This document shows, piece by piece, positions 19,654 through 28,874 of a DNA stretch of 64,000 bases. The DNA is from a virus: IMG/VR virus record IMGVR_UViG_3300017917_002918, positions 1 to 64,000 of that record; one strand, written 5' to 3'. The position numbers and the translations under genes are program-made. Below the pieces are notes generated by a model. It saw only the letters and a list, made by a program, of their open reading frames with translations. It was not told where the DNA came from and ran no database searches. The number at the start of each line of letters is the position of its first letter. The first letter of the stretch is position 1.

Positions 19654-21191
19654 TGGCATATTTAAGTGATTTTACAAAGAAAGAAGCATATGGTAACCAA
19701 GTAGAAATTTCAGGTATTGAAAGTATAATTCATGAAGACACAGCAAATCAAGCTACGTATGGTAATCATTGTGAATTGTCAAATACTAAAATTGTAGCAG
19801 TATATAATGATGTAACAAACAACAAAGGTATGGTTAGAGTTGGAGATAGAGTGTCTGATTTTTGTATCGAATGGGGTGAACCATTGGAATTTTACAACGG
19901 TTCTTGTAAACATATTATACCTATTAGAGTTAGTGATACAAAATTCGCAATTGTATATGTTCAAGCATCTGATGATGATGGATATATTATAGCAGGGACT
20001 ATTAGTAATACTATACCAACCATAGGCACTCCTATAGAATTTAAGGACGCATCTACTTGTATACCTATAGGTGCGGAACTTTGGAGTGATGACAAGGTGT
20101 TAATAGCATATGCAAACGGAACTACAAATGGGCAGTGTAGAGTTGTAGACACCAGTAATATTAATACATTAGTATTGGGTACAGAAGCTACGTTTAAAGC
20201 AACGACCGATATATCAGCCTATACAACATTAAAGCAAGTATGCATACATAGTCCAACACTTGCCACAGTGGTGTATAGAGTATCAAACACTGCTACAAAA
20301 TGTCAATGTTTAACATTGAGTGGTTCAACTATTACACCAAGTGGATCAGAAACTACATTTGGTGGTACGGCAGATATACAGTATCCAAAAATAGGATGTT
20401 TGTCATCAACAACATTTGTTTTGGCATATTTGGATGTAACTGCTACTAACTTTGGAAACTGCCAAATAGGTACTATTTCGGGAACGTCTATAACAGCGGG
20501 AGCCAATGAATATTCGTTTCAAGCAGTAGATTTACCTACTAGAAGACATAGTATTGTAGTAATAGATGGTACTAAGTATGCAATTATATATTCTGATGGA
20601 ACAACGGGTCAATTTGCTTGTGTTGCAACTGTAAATGGAACAACCATAAGTTATTCAAACGCATCCAATATTGGCACAGGGAGTAATGGTTATTATTATG
20701 GTGAAAGTTTTAATGGTACAACAAATTTAACATACACGAAATCCAATCAATTAACATTTAGTTGGTTAAATCGTTACAATAATCAATTCATATGTGGTAT
20801 GCTTGAAATACAAACACATGCAATAATACCAAAAGCCATGTGCAAAAGAGTGGTTACCGTAGGATTAAATGAACAAATAGAAATATCTAGTGTTTATTTA
20901 AAAAGTAATAGTAGGGGTTTCAAAATGAATAGTTCCTTTGTAACTGCTATCACAGGTAGTTTATATTTGGATGGTACAATGTCCAATAATATGTTTTATT
21001 CAACTTCAGACGAAGGAGAAGGAATGGGGTATTATACTTATGAAAGAGAATGTGCCAAAGTTTTATTAGGTAATAATCCTATAATTCTTAAATCGGGACA
21101 ATCTCTATATGCAAGTATAAACACAAATCAAAGTTCGCACAGTGGAAAAGGATCTTGTACTGTTTTTGGTGTTAAAAGGGTGGTGGTCTAA
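19653..21191 (+). CDS. Putative receptor-binding/beta-propeller tail protein
   Basis: Repeated 'S.TKF.I.Y...G...GTI.GT.I..G' blades of about 50 aa. Confidence 0.55.
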   Translation: MAYLSDFTKKEAYGNQVEISGIESIIHEDTANQATYGNHCELSNTKIVAVYNDVTNNKGMVRVGDRVSDFCIEWGEPLEFYNGSCKHIIPIRVSDTKFAIVYVQASDDDGYIIAGTISNTIPTIGTPIEFKDASTCIPIGAELWSDDKVLIAYANGTTNGQCRVVDTSNINTLVLGTEATFKATTDISAYTTLKQVCIHSPTLATVVYRVSNTATKCQCLTLSGSTITPSGSETTFGGTADIQYPKIGCLSSTTFVLAYLDVTATNFGNCQIGTISGTSITAGANEYSFQAVDLPTRRHSIVVIDGTKYAIIYSDGTTGQFACVATVNGTTISYSNASNIGTGSNGYYYGESFNGTTNLTYTKSNQLTFSWLNRYNNQFICGMLEIQTHAIIPKAMCKRVVTVGLNEQIEISSVYLKSNSRGFKMNSSFVTAITGSLYLDGTMSNNMFYSTSDEGEGMGYYTYERECAKVLLGNNPIILKSGQSLYASINTNQSSHSGKGSCTVFGVKRVVV

Positions 21192-21369
21192 TGCTTATAA
21201 TCACAAATAAAAATTTTAAAATATTAAACGTGCTAGATACTATTGAATTTGTTGATACTAACTGGGTTAAACTACATGGTGATAATTTAATACAATTGGA
21301 TATGGTTATTATAACCGAGGTTGAGTCAATTCCTGAAGATGTAGAGTATTACAAAGATGGTGTGTTTAC
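21191..21369 (+). pseudogene. 5' part of a small tail-associated gene interrupted by the IS605-type element
   Basis: Joining 21369 to 23784 restores one 130-aa ORF (...YKDGVFT|SYNPLIQDASL...). Confidence 0.75.
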
Positions 21370-21548
21370 AGAATTGTGCCAGAAAGCCTCCACGCTTTAG
21401 CGTGTGAGGATGAATGGCATAATAACCGTGTAATTAAATTATAATTATTGACAAAGCCATATTGCTATGATATTATATTCTCAATATATATTATAGTTAC
21501 CAATATCAAATAAATCATATATAATATGTATTGAGGAGTGTGATTAAT

Positions 21549-21755
21549 ATGGCAATAAAAAATAGATTGAAAGAGATATTAGAAGAACGTGGAATTAAAC
21601 AGTCATTTATAGTAGAAAAATGTGGATTAACTAAAGGTACAGTATCTAATCTTGTTAACAATAAATACACTACAAGTATTGATATAGCCTTTAAAATCGC
21701 AAAACTATTAAATATGAATTTCACTGATATATTCTATGATGATGAAAATGAATAA
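21549..21755 (+). CDS. XRE/Cro-family HTH transcriptional regulator (IS cargo)
   Basis: KNRLKEIL.ERGIKQ..I...GL..GTVS.LVN.K...S...AF.IA..L. Confidence 0.9.
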   Translation: MAIKNRLKEILEERGIKQSFIVEKCGLTKGTVSNLVNNKYTTSIDIAFKIAKLLNMNFTDIFYDDENE

Positions 21756-21881
21756 TGTTTGTTTAATTAAAACCTTTGTTTATTATCTTGAACTAAAGTA
21801 TTGACAAAACAAACTATTTCCTATATAATATAGTTATAGGGTTGATATAAGCCTTAATATATTATATAGGAGGTATTACAT

Positions 21882-22067
21882 ATGAAGTTAAATCAATTCG
21901 GTGATGAGATATTCCAATGTGTACTATGTAATCAAGAATTTGAGTTAGAACATGATAAGCCATATTTATTAAAGGGTAGTTTGTCAAGAGATTCACATAA
22001 CCAAGAGATCGAAATACATATTTGTGAATACTGTGCCTGTAAGTTAGGTCAATGGGATGAAGTTTAA
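21882..22067 (+). CDS. Small CxxC...CxxC zinc-binding protein (IS cargo)
   Basis: CVLC and CEYC; RBS GGAGG; preceded by TTGACA-17-TATAAT at about 21801-21829. Confidence 0.7.
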   Translation: MKLNQFGDEIFQCVLCNQEFELEHDKPYLLKGSLSRDSHNQEIEIHICEYCACKLGQWDEV

Positions 22068-22116
22068 ATTATAATTATATAAACAAATATAAATAAGAAT
22101 GTGAGGTGAATATTCA

Positions 22117-23613
22117 TTGAGTGATAGATTTTGTATTACATTTCCACTAGCAACCGAACTATACCAAGAAGATATATTAGGGAAAAGATTTGAAATAGGT
22201 AGAAAAATATATAATGCTCTTTTGGGCAAGGTATATAAAAGATATAATTGTATGATACAAACTCGTAAATACAGAGAGTTAAAATCACAGGTTGCATTAT
22301 TGTATAAATCAGCCGACAAAGCTAGTCAAAAAGAACTAAAATCAGTGTATGCAGAATTGAATGAAATGTATAAACTATATAGACTTAATGAATATTTCCT
22401 TCACGAAGATGTTAAATTTATGCAACACCAATTCAAGGTTAATATAGACGCATTCACAGCTCAAAAAATAGCTACTAGAGTTTGGAGAGCAGTAGACGAT
22501 TTATTATTCGGTGAAGCAGAATCACTACACTTTAAAAAACATGGTGAGTTAGATTCTCTAGAAGGGAAGTGGAATAAATCAGGAATTAAATTTAAAGACA
22601 ACTGTGTAACATGGAATGGATTAAAAATACCAGTTAAAATTAATTATAATAATCCATATGAATATCAAGCCATGCAAAATGATATATGTTTTTGTAGAAT
22701 TAAACGTAAATTTGTGCGTGGTAAGTATAAGTATTACCTACAGTTGGTTTTAAAGGGTTTTCCACCAATGAAAATAGACAAAGAAACTGGAGAAATCAAA
22801 AGATGTATCAGAACAGGTAAAGTTGGATTAGACATAGGAACTCAAACTATTGCTATTAGTAGTAATACAGATGTTAAATTATTAGAACTTGCCGATAGAG
22901 TCCAAAATATAGAGAATGATAAACGCAGACTACTTAGATACATGGACAGAAGTAAACGAGCTAACAATCCAGATAACTTTAACGAAAATGGTACGGTAAA
23001 AAAACAAGGTAATAAAAAGGTTAAATGGGTTAAAGGTAATAAATATAGCAAAGCTCAAAATAAACTCAGAGAATTATATCGCAAACAAGCAGATATTAGG
23101 AAACTGCAACATGAACAATTATCAAATTGTATAATATCATTAGGTGATGAAATATACGTTGAAACCATGAACTTTAATGGATTACAACGCAGAGCTAAAA
23201 ATACCACAGTCAATGAAAAAACAGGTAGAATCAATAAGAAAAAGAGATTTGGTAAATCATTGGCAAATAAAGCTCCTGCGATGCTAATTAAGATTATCGA
23301 TAGAAAATTAGGATATTTTAATAAAGAAATAATAAAAATTAATACATGGACTGTAAAAGCAAGTCAATATAATCATTTTGATGGCGAATGTAATAAAAAG
23401 CAATTATCAACTAGATGGAATAATTTCAACGGTTTAAAGATTCAAAGGGACTTGTATTCAGCATTTTTAATTATGAATGTAAATAACGATTTAAGTAGTG
23501 TTAATAAGGAATTATGTGATAATAGTTTTAATAAGTTTAAGATATTACATGACAAAGAGATTAATAGATTGATGAGTGTGAAGTTAAACAATGCGTTGAA
23601 AAATGTGATATAG
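22117..23613 (+). CDS. tnpB: Large TnpB-family RNA-guided nuclease (498 aa)
   Basis: RuvC motifs GLDIG, YVETM and QRDLYSA intact; lies just inside the IS605-type right end. Confidence 0.85.
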   Translation: MSDRFCITFPLATELYQEDILGKRFEIGRKIYNALLGKVYKRYNCMIQTRKYRELKSQVALLYKSADKASQKELKSVYAELNEMYKLYRLNEYFLHEDVKFMQHQFKVNIDAFTAQKIATRVWRAVDDLLFGEAESLHFKKHGELDSLEGKWNKSGIKFKDNCVTWNGLKIPVKINYNNPYEYQAMQNDICFCRIKRKFVRGKYKYYLQLVLKGFPPMKIDKETGEIKRCIRTGKVGLDIGTQTIAISSNTDVKLLELADRVQNIENDKRRLLRYMDRSKRANNPDNFNENGTVKKQGNKKVKWVKGNKYSKAQNKLRELYRKQADIRKLQHEQLSNCIISLGDEIYVETMNFNGLQRRAKNTTVNEKTGRINKKKRFGKSLANKAPAMLIKIIDRKLGYFNKEIIKINTWTVKASQYNHFDGECNKKQLSTRWNNFNGLKIQRDLYSAFLIMNVNNDLSSVNKELCDNSFNKFKILHDKEINRLMSVKLNNALKNVI

Positions 23614-23803
23614 AAATAAGACGGGTTTTGAATTGAGCCTATATGCTAACGTCAATGAGTTAGTTGTAACTCTTGTTAGTGAAAGTCTTACAGAAATCAA
23701 TTAGTGATAATAAATCTCGATTTATTATAGAATTTGAATAGTATGTAAGAACCTGCCGAGCTTTAGCTCGTGCAGAGATTCAGATCTTACAATCCACTTA
23801 TTC
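23614..23803 (+). ncRNA. Putative omegaRNA (right end plus guide ATCTTACAATCCACTT...)
   Basis: 170-nt non-coding region between the tnpB stop and the TCAG end, containing hairpins. Confidence 0.55.
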
Positions 23804-23997
23804 AGGATGCAAGTTTGAAAGAGTATAAATCTAAAGTAAAAGAACTCATAAGAAAAAGATATGAGTCTGCTGAGGAAGAGCTTGCTATAATGAGAAAGCA
23901 TGTAGCAGGTATAGATAATAAGAATGAATTCGATGACTACAATACTTATGTTGAAAATTGTAAATTACAAGCTAAAGAAGAACTGGGCTTAGTGTAA
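23784..23997 (+). pseudogene. 3' part of the interrupted tail-associated gene
   Basis: 'LIR.RY....E.AI.R....EF..YN.YVE.CK..AK' resembles phage tail-fiber-associated proteins; in frame with the 5' part after excision. Confidence 0.7.
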
Positions 23998-24523
23998 GTA
24001 AAATGAAACTTTTATTGGAATTATTACTTTAAATTTTAAGGTTATTTGTTATGTTGTGATGTTATTAATTAATATTTTTAATCACAACATATGAATGCCT
24101 TAATTTTTTATTGGTGATTTATTTTATATTTTTATGTTGTAATTAACTTATGACAATGTGTAAAAACTATTGACAAAATAGACATAATATGCTATACTAA
24201 TATTTTAGGCATATTGTGTCTATATTTTTTATGTATTTATATTTTTTGTGTTTGTAATTAAATTATAATTATTTATATTATTCATTAATTTAATTGTAGC
24301 ATAGATATATTGTTCAAGTCAAGAATTATATTGTAGATTTATTTAATAATTAATTTATGATTGTGGTGATAATTATTGAATATGTGTGCAATATAATTGC
24401 ACAAAGTAGGAATAGCGCATGCAACGCAAAACGAGGAAGTCTTTATCCCTTCCTTCCTCTTTCCTACTATTAATAAAAGAATGGAAATTATAAAGTGCGT
24501 AGAAGGGTTAAGGTGTAAAAAGA

Positions 24524-25702
24524 ATGAATAATGAGTTTAAAAAGTTGTCAGTATTTGAGAATGTGGAATTAGGAGAAATTAGGACAGTTTTAATTGATGA
24601 AGCAATTTATTTTGTCGGTAATGATGTTGCAAATGTACTAGAGTATGCACGACCAAGAGAGGCTATTTCAGCTCATTGTAAGGGTGCGGTAAGTTACAGC
24701 ATCCCTACAAACGGTGGTAGACAAGAAACAAAAATTATTCCAGAAGGTGATCTTTATCGTTTAATATTTAAAGCTGCCGATCAAAGTAAAAATCTCAATA
24801 TAAAAGAAAAAGCTGAAAAATTTGAGAGATGGATTTTTGATGAGGTTTTACCAACTATTAGAAAACACGGGGCTTACATAACGGAAGATGTTGATGAGGA
24901 ATATGTTAAAAATGAATTGAGATTTTCTAAAAATAAAACTATTAAAACTTTTAGTTCAGCAACACCTTCAGAAATAACCCAACTATATTCAGAATTTAAA
25001 CAATATATAGATGTTGAATATAAATACAAGACTGATGAGAGAATCGCAAGATATAGAAGTGTTGAAAAAGGACTAGAGAATTTACATGATAGTACAGCTT
25101 CACTAGGAGTAACCAAGATTGGCGATTGCTATAACATCCAACTGTTAAAGGAACAAGTAATTTTTGACAGAACAAAATTAGGAAATAGAATGTCTGGTGG
25201 CGAAAAGGGAGTTAAAACAAAAACTATTAACAAACTCACTGGTCATATAGAAGCCATTGAATCACAATTACAAGATGCTATAGTAGAAGTAGTGGATTTG
25301 AAGATTCAATTAGATAACAGTATTCCCTATCCTGCGTATAATGAATTTATAAAACTCAACATACATGGTATAAGTAATAACTATTTATTTGAACATAAAA
25401 ATGGTGGAACATTTAAAACTGATACATATAAAAATTGGATTAATCGTTTTCCACTGGTAAAAATGCCAGTCAAGGAATTCTGGAATGTAGATTGGACTAA
25501 ACCAATAGAGATATTTTTACACTATGTTGCCCTAGCACGTTTTGATCATACAAATTGTGACAAGGCTATCATCGACCATATTATTCAAAGAGTTTATAAG
25601 GAAGATGATAACATTGTTCACAGAGTTCATAGTGAGCGTATTGGCACTTGTAACGACTATACAAGTGGCGAAATACACTTTCACATTAGGAATGTATTGT
25701 AA
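24524..25702 (+). CDS. BRO-N antirepressor-like protein with a RusA-like C-terminal domain
   Basis: BRO motifs FVGNDVA..L.Y, IPEGDLYRLI and FERWIFDEVLPTIRKHG; C-terminal FDHTNCDKAIID...EDDNIV. Confidence 0.8.
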   Translation: MNNEFKKLSVFENVELGEIRTVLIDEAIYFVGNDVANVLEYARPREAISAHCKGAVSYSIPTNGGRQETKIIPEGDLYRLIFKAADQSKNLNIKEKAEKFERWIFDEVLPTIRKHGAYITEDVDEEYVKNELRFSKNKTIKTFSSATPSEITQLYSEFKQYIDVEYKYKTDERIARYRSVEKGLENLHDSTASLGVTKIGDCYNIQLLKEQVIFDRTKLGNRMSGGEKGVKTKTINKLTGHIEAIESQLQDAIVEVVDLKIQLDNSIPYPAYNEFIKLNIHGISNNYLFEHKNGGTFKTDTYKNWINRFPLVKMPVKEFWNVDWTKPIEIFLHYVALARFDHTNCDKAIIDHIIQRVYKEDDNIVHRVHSERIGTCNDYTSGEIHFHIRNVL

Positions 25703-25844
25703 GACTTTTCTCTAGTAATTAAATTATAACACTTAAATTATAAATTTGCAATAGAAATTATAAATATTAATTAAACAAATATACATACATAAATTAAATT
25801 ATAATTTCTATTGTAAATTAAAATATCGTATAAAGGAGTAATCT

Positions 25845-26165
25845 ATGCAACAAGGATATGTATATGCAATTTGTGATGGGCTACCTGACAATAATATAAA
25901 AATAGGATATTCAACCAATCCCAAGATGAGACTTAAACAACTTAATACTGGGAATCATTCACGATTATATATACTATGCCAATTTGTTGGTGATAAGGAA
26001 TTGGAGAAGTCTATCCATAGTAAGTTTAGGAAGATTAGATATAACGGTGAATGGATGTATAGTACGGCTGAGTTGGTGAATTATTTGAATAGTATGAGTA
26101 ATGATAGTTTTATTGAGTTAGATGGTGATGGTAAGTTGAGAAGTTATATGAAGATGCGGATGTAA
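25845..26165 (+). CDS. GIY-YIG / T5orf172-like nuclease-domain protein
   Basis: GYVYAI...IKIGYS.NP..RL.QL.TG...EK.IH..F...NGEW. Confidence 0.85.
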   Translation: MQQGYVYAICDGLPDNNIKIGYSTNPKMRLKQLNTGNHSRLYILCQFVGDKELEKSIHSKFRKIRYNGEWMYSTAELVNYLNSMSNDSFIELDGDGKLRSYMKMRM

Positions 26166-26349
26166 GTTAAATTATAAGTATTTGTCATAGATTCAACTTG
26201 GTATATTACGTGCCAGATTCAATGTGTGACAAAAGTTACACCAATGAGAATAGATTGAGCCTAATTACCTCAATTAACAAGCTAGGTTATTGCTCCTGCG
26301 CCTAGCTTTCTTGTTGTAATAACGCAGGGACAAGAATGGAGCAATAATT

Positions 26350-28287
26350 ATGAAGATTAAGTGTATGATTGACAAGCAAAAGTTTAACAAGAAACCCACA
26401 GGATATGAAACAGCAGGTATCCAAAAAAGATTAGCTCAAACAGAAGTCAGTGTTGATGAATTATCAAAGTTGTTATCTAGTGGATGTACGTTTAAACCTG
26501 CATTGCTAAATGGAACAAAAAGTGATGATTGGATTTCGCAACAAATATTTGCATTAGATTTCGATGGTAATACTACAATACAAAGTGAATTAGATAGGTG
26601 TGTGGAACTCAATATATTACCTATATTTGGTTATACCTCATTCTCGCACACAGAAGAGAAACACAAGTTTAGATTAGTGTTTGCATTAGATGAACCTATA
26701 ACTGATAGATATATAAGGAATAAGTTACAAATAACCTTGATCAAGATATTCAGTAACAGTGATCAAGTCACTTTCGATCCTGCTAGGATATTCTATGGTG
26801 GTAAGAAGTTAATTTATGATAATATGAATGATAGGATCAATGTTAGTGATATTATTGATAACTATTATAAAGATGAATTCATTAATACTATACCCTTATC
26901 AAAATCGAAAGAAAAAACAGCCGAAACGCTTGTCGCTAAAGGTGTAGAGTGTGGTGGGAACTTGATGGGGGAATATATTACAGGTATAGATTTTGATAAT
27001 ACCAATAATATATTCCCCCATCAAGTTCAATCACCCGAAACTCCTTGTGTGATAAAGCTTATTAGAGATCGCAACGAAGAAAAACTAAGAGAGAAGCTAA
27101 ATTACCCTAAGAGGATATTCGAAACGGAAATGGAATTTCTAGATTTCATTAGAAAAGAAATAGACTTAGGTGAGTTATTGGAACTAAAGTATCCATCATC
27201 TTTTAAGTGTTTATTGCATGTGGATAGTGATAATTCGGCAGGTATATTTAAAAATGAAGACGGTGTCTATTTATACAAGTGTTTCAGTAGTAATTGTAGA
27301 CATGGGAATAGGGCTTTAAACATTATAACACTGATTGAATCATTGACTAACTTTAGGAGTAGACACAAGACATATGAATTCATCAAATCAATTTTCAACA
27401 TAGAATTATGCGAAACAGAGTTTCAAAAAGAACAAATTAAAAATATAGCCAATATACAAAAGGCGTTGTACACATCTGAATTTAATGCGAATTGTCCTGT
27501 TGCTAATAATAATACTAGACATGTGCAAAGGTTATTTTTAACTTTGCTAACACTAGCAAGTCAACATATTTATGATGAAGATTACACTGACAGAGAAGGT
27601 AATATAATATTTTTTGCATCTTTAAATCATATAGGTAAAGAAATGAACCTTAATAAGATTGATGCTGAGAAAATATCGCAAAGACTATCAGTATTAATCT
27701 ATCATAAATTAATAATAAAATTGGATGACATAGACATCCCAGAAAAATTATTAAAAAAGTCCCAAGGATATGCTATACATTCAAATTATGAAAAACGAGT
27801 TAATTGGTATGCTATTCCATCATTCGTAATTGAGCATTATGCAGATATTGAAATTCAAGGTCGTAAATGGAAAACCTTCGGGTACACAATTATAGGATCT
27901 TCGAGAGAGATGTTTTACAGAGCAGAAGGTAAGGCAATAGCGGATTATATATATCCACAACACAAATACACAATCGACAAATCAACAGGAGAAATAATGG
28001 ACAGAACAACTAGTAAATCTAGTGATGAAAAGACCAATATTATTGTTAAAAATATACTTAAATTAATTGATAAAAAGGGGTATGTTTTAGAAAAACAAGT
28101 TACTTCACTGTTAATGAAAGAGTATGGATGTTGTGAGGATACCGCTAAGAGACAGTTCAAAAAATCTCAGGCAGAAATAATTGAAAAATACAACTTGAAG
28201 AAAACTCAGACAACCAAGATTCTAAAAGAACAGTATAATATTAAATCAAAAGGTTATCCCTATATTTATGTCAAAAACAATACATAA
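26350..28287 (+). CDS. Primase-polymerase (AEP)-like protein with a CHC2-type zinc finger; possible Rep
   Basis: ALDFD, YTSFSH and KFRLVF motifs; CLLH.D...YKCF..C zinc finger. Confidence 0.7.
   Translation: MKIKCMIDKQKFNKKPTGYETAGIQKRLAQTEVSVDELSKLLSSGCTFKPALLNGTKSDDWISQQIFALDFDGNTTIQSELDRCVELNILPIFGYTSFSHTEEKHKFRLVFALDEPITDRYIRNKLQITLIKIFSNSDQVTFDPARIFYGGKKLIYDNMNDRINVSDIIDNYYKDEFINTIPLSKSKEKTAETLVAKGVECGGNLMGEYITGIDFDNTNNIFPHQVQSPETPCVIKLIRDRNEEKLREKLNYPKRIFETEMEFLDFIRKEIDLGELLELKYPSSFKCLLHVDSDNSAGIFKNEDGVYLYKCFSSNCRHGNRALNIITLIESLTNFRSRHKTYEFIKSIFNIELCETEFQKEQIKNIANIQKALYTSEFNANCPVANNNTRHVQRLFLTLLTLASQHIYDEDYTDREGNIIFFASLNHIGKEMNLNKIDAEKISQRLSVLIYHKLIIKLDDIDIPEKLLKKSQGYAIHSNYEKRVNWYAIPSFVIEHYADIEIQGRKWKTFGYTIIGSSREMFYRAEGKAIADYIYPQHKYTIDKSTGEIMDRTTSKSSDEKTNIIVKNILKLIDKKGYVLEKQVTSLLMKEYGCCEDTAKRQFKKSQAEIIEKYNLKKTQTTKILKEQYNIKSKGYPYIYVKNNT
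26958..27028. repeat. Perfect 23-bp inverted repeat inside the primase-like gene
   Basis: GAACTTGATGGGGGAATATATTA (26958-26980) / TAATATATTCCCCCATCAAGTTC (27006-27028). Confidence 0.95.
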
Positions 28288-28524
28288 TAATTAATTTATG
28301 AGTCGTATCAAGGAATTGGTGGATAAGTACCTATACCTATAATATATTAAGTACCTTTATCCAAAACTTATGTATCCCTTGATACGACTAACAAATACCA
28401 ACTAAATATTAAACAAAGTGTCAAGTATTATCCTGATGCTTTGTTTTTATTATATAAAGCTATATAGCCATAAATCCACAAAGTAGCATAACTAATCAAC
28501 CAAAATTTAAAGGAGGAAATAACA

Positions 28525-28800
28525 ATGGGAATCAATCAATACAAATCAATCAATGGCACAGCAACAACAGCTTCACAAAGCGTTTATGTGCGTGTAGGTA
28601 AAATTAAATTAATCGCAAATGACAATTTAACAGGTGGAGATCTTTTAATCTCTCTTGATGGTGATTTTAGTGCAAACAATTATATGGTGTTAAAGCCAGG
28701 TGAATCATTTAGAAATTTTGAAGAGTTAGAGTGTGACACTTTATATTATAAAGCAAGCACAGGAACGGTTACATTTAGATTTATTGGTACAATAGCTTAA
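28525..28800 (+). CDS. Small beta-rich hypothetical protein, possibly virion decoration
   Basis: Strong RBS AAGGAGG; followed by hairpin 28813-28846. Confidence 0.55.
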   Translation: MGINQYKSINGTATTASQSVYVRVGKIKLIANDNLTGGDLLISLDGDFSANNYMVLKPGESFRNFEELECDTLYYKASTGTVTFRFIGTIA

Positions 28801-28874
28801 TTAATTTATAGCTTAAATCTATGTAGTTATAAATACATAGATTTAATTATTTTAAAATAAAGGATGTGTTAAAA

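Larger units (their letters stand above)
21370..23783 (+). mobile_element. Non-autonomous IS200/IS605-family element (no tnpA) carrying HTH, CxxC and tnpB genes
   Basis: Target TTAC at 21366-21369; left end AAAG plus hairpin CCACGCTTTAGCGTG; right end GAAC plus hairpin CGAGCTTTAGCTCG ending TCAG; no target duplication; precise removal restores the frame. Confidence 0.85.

Noticed and set aside
22117-23613. Cas12f-type CRISPR effector
   Set aside because: No CRISPR array or cas1/cas2 is adjacent; it lies within IS605-type hairpin ends, so TnpB is the simpler call
21370-23783. Second IStron
   Set aside because: No group I core (P1, P3 or P7 pairings) was found inside the element, so no RNA-level rescue is evident
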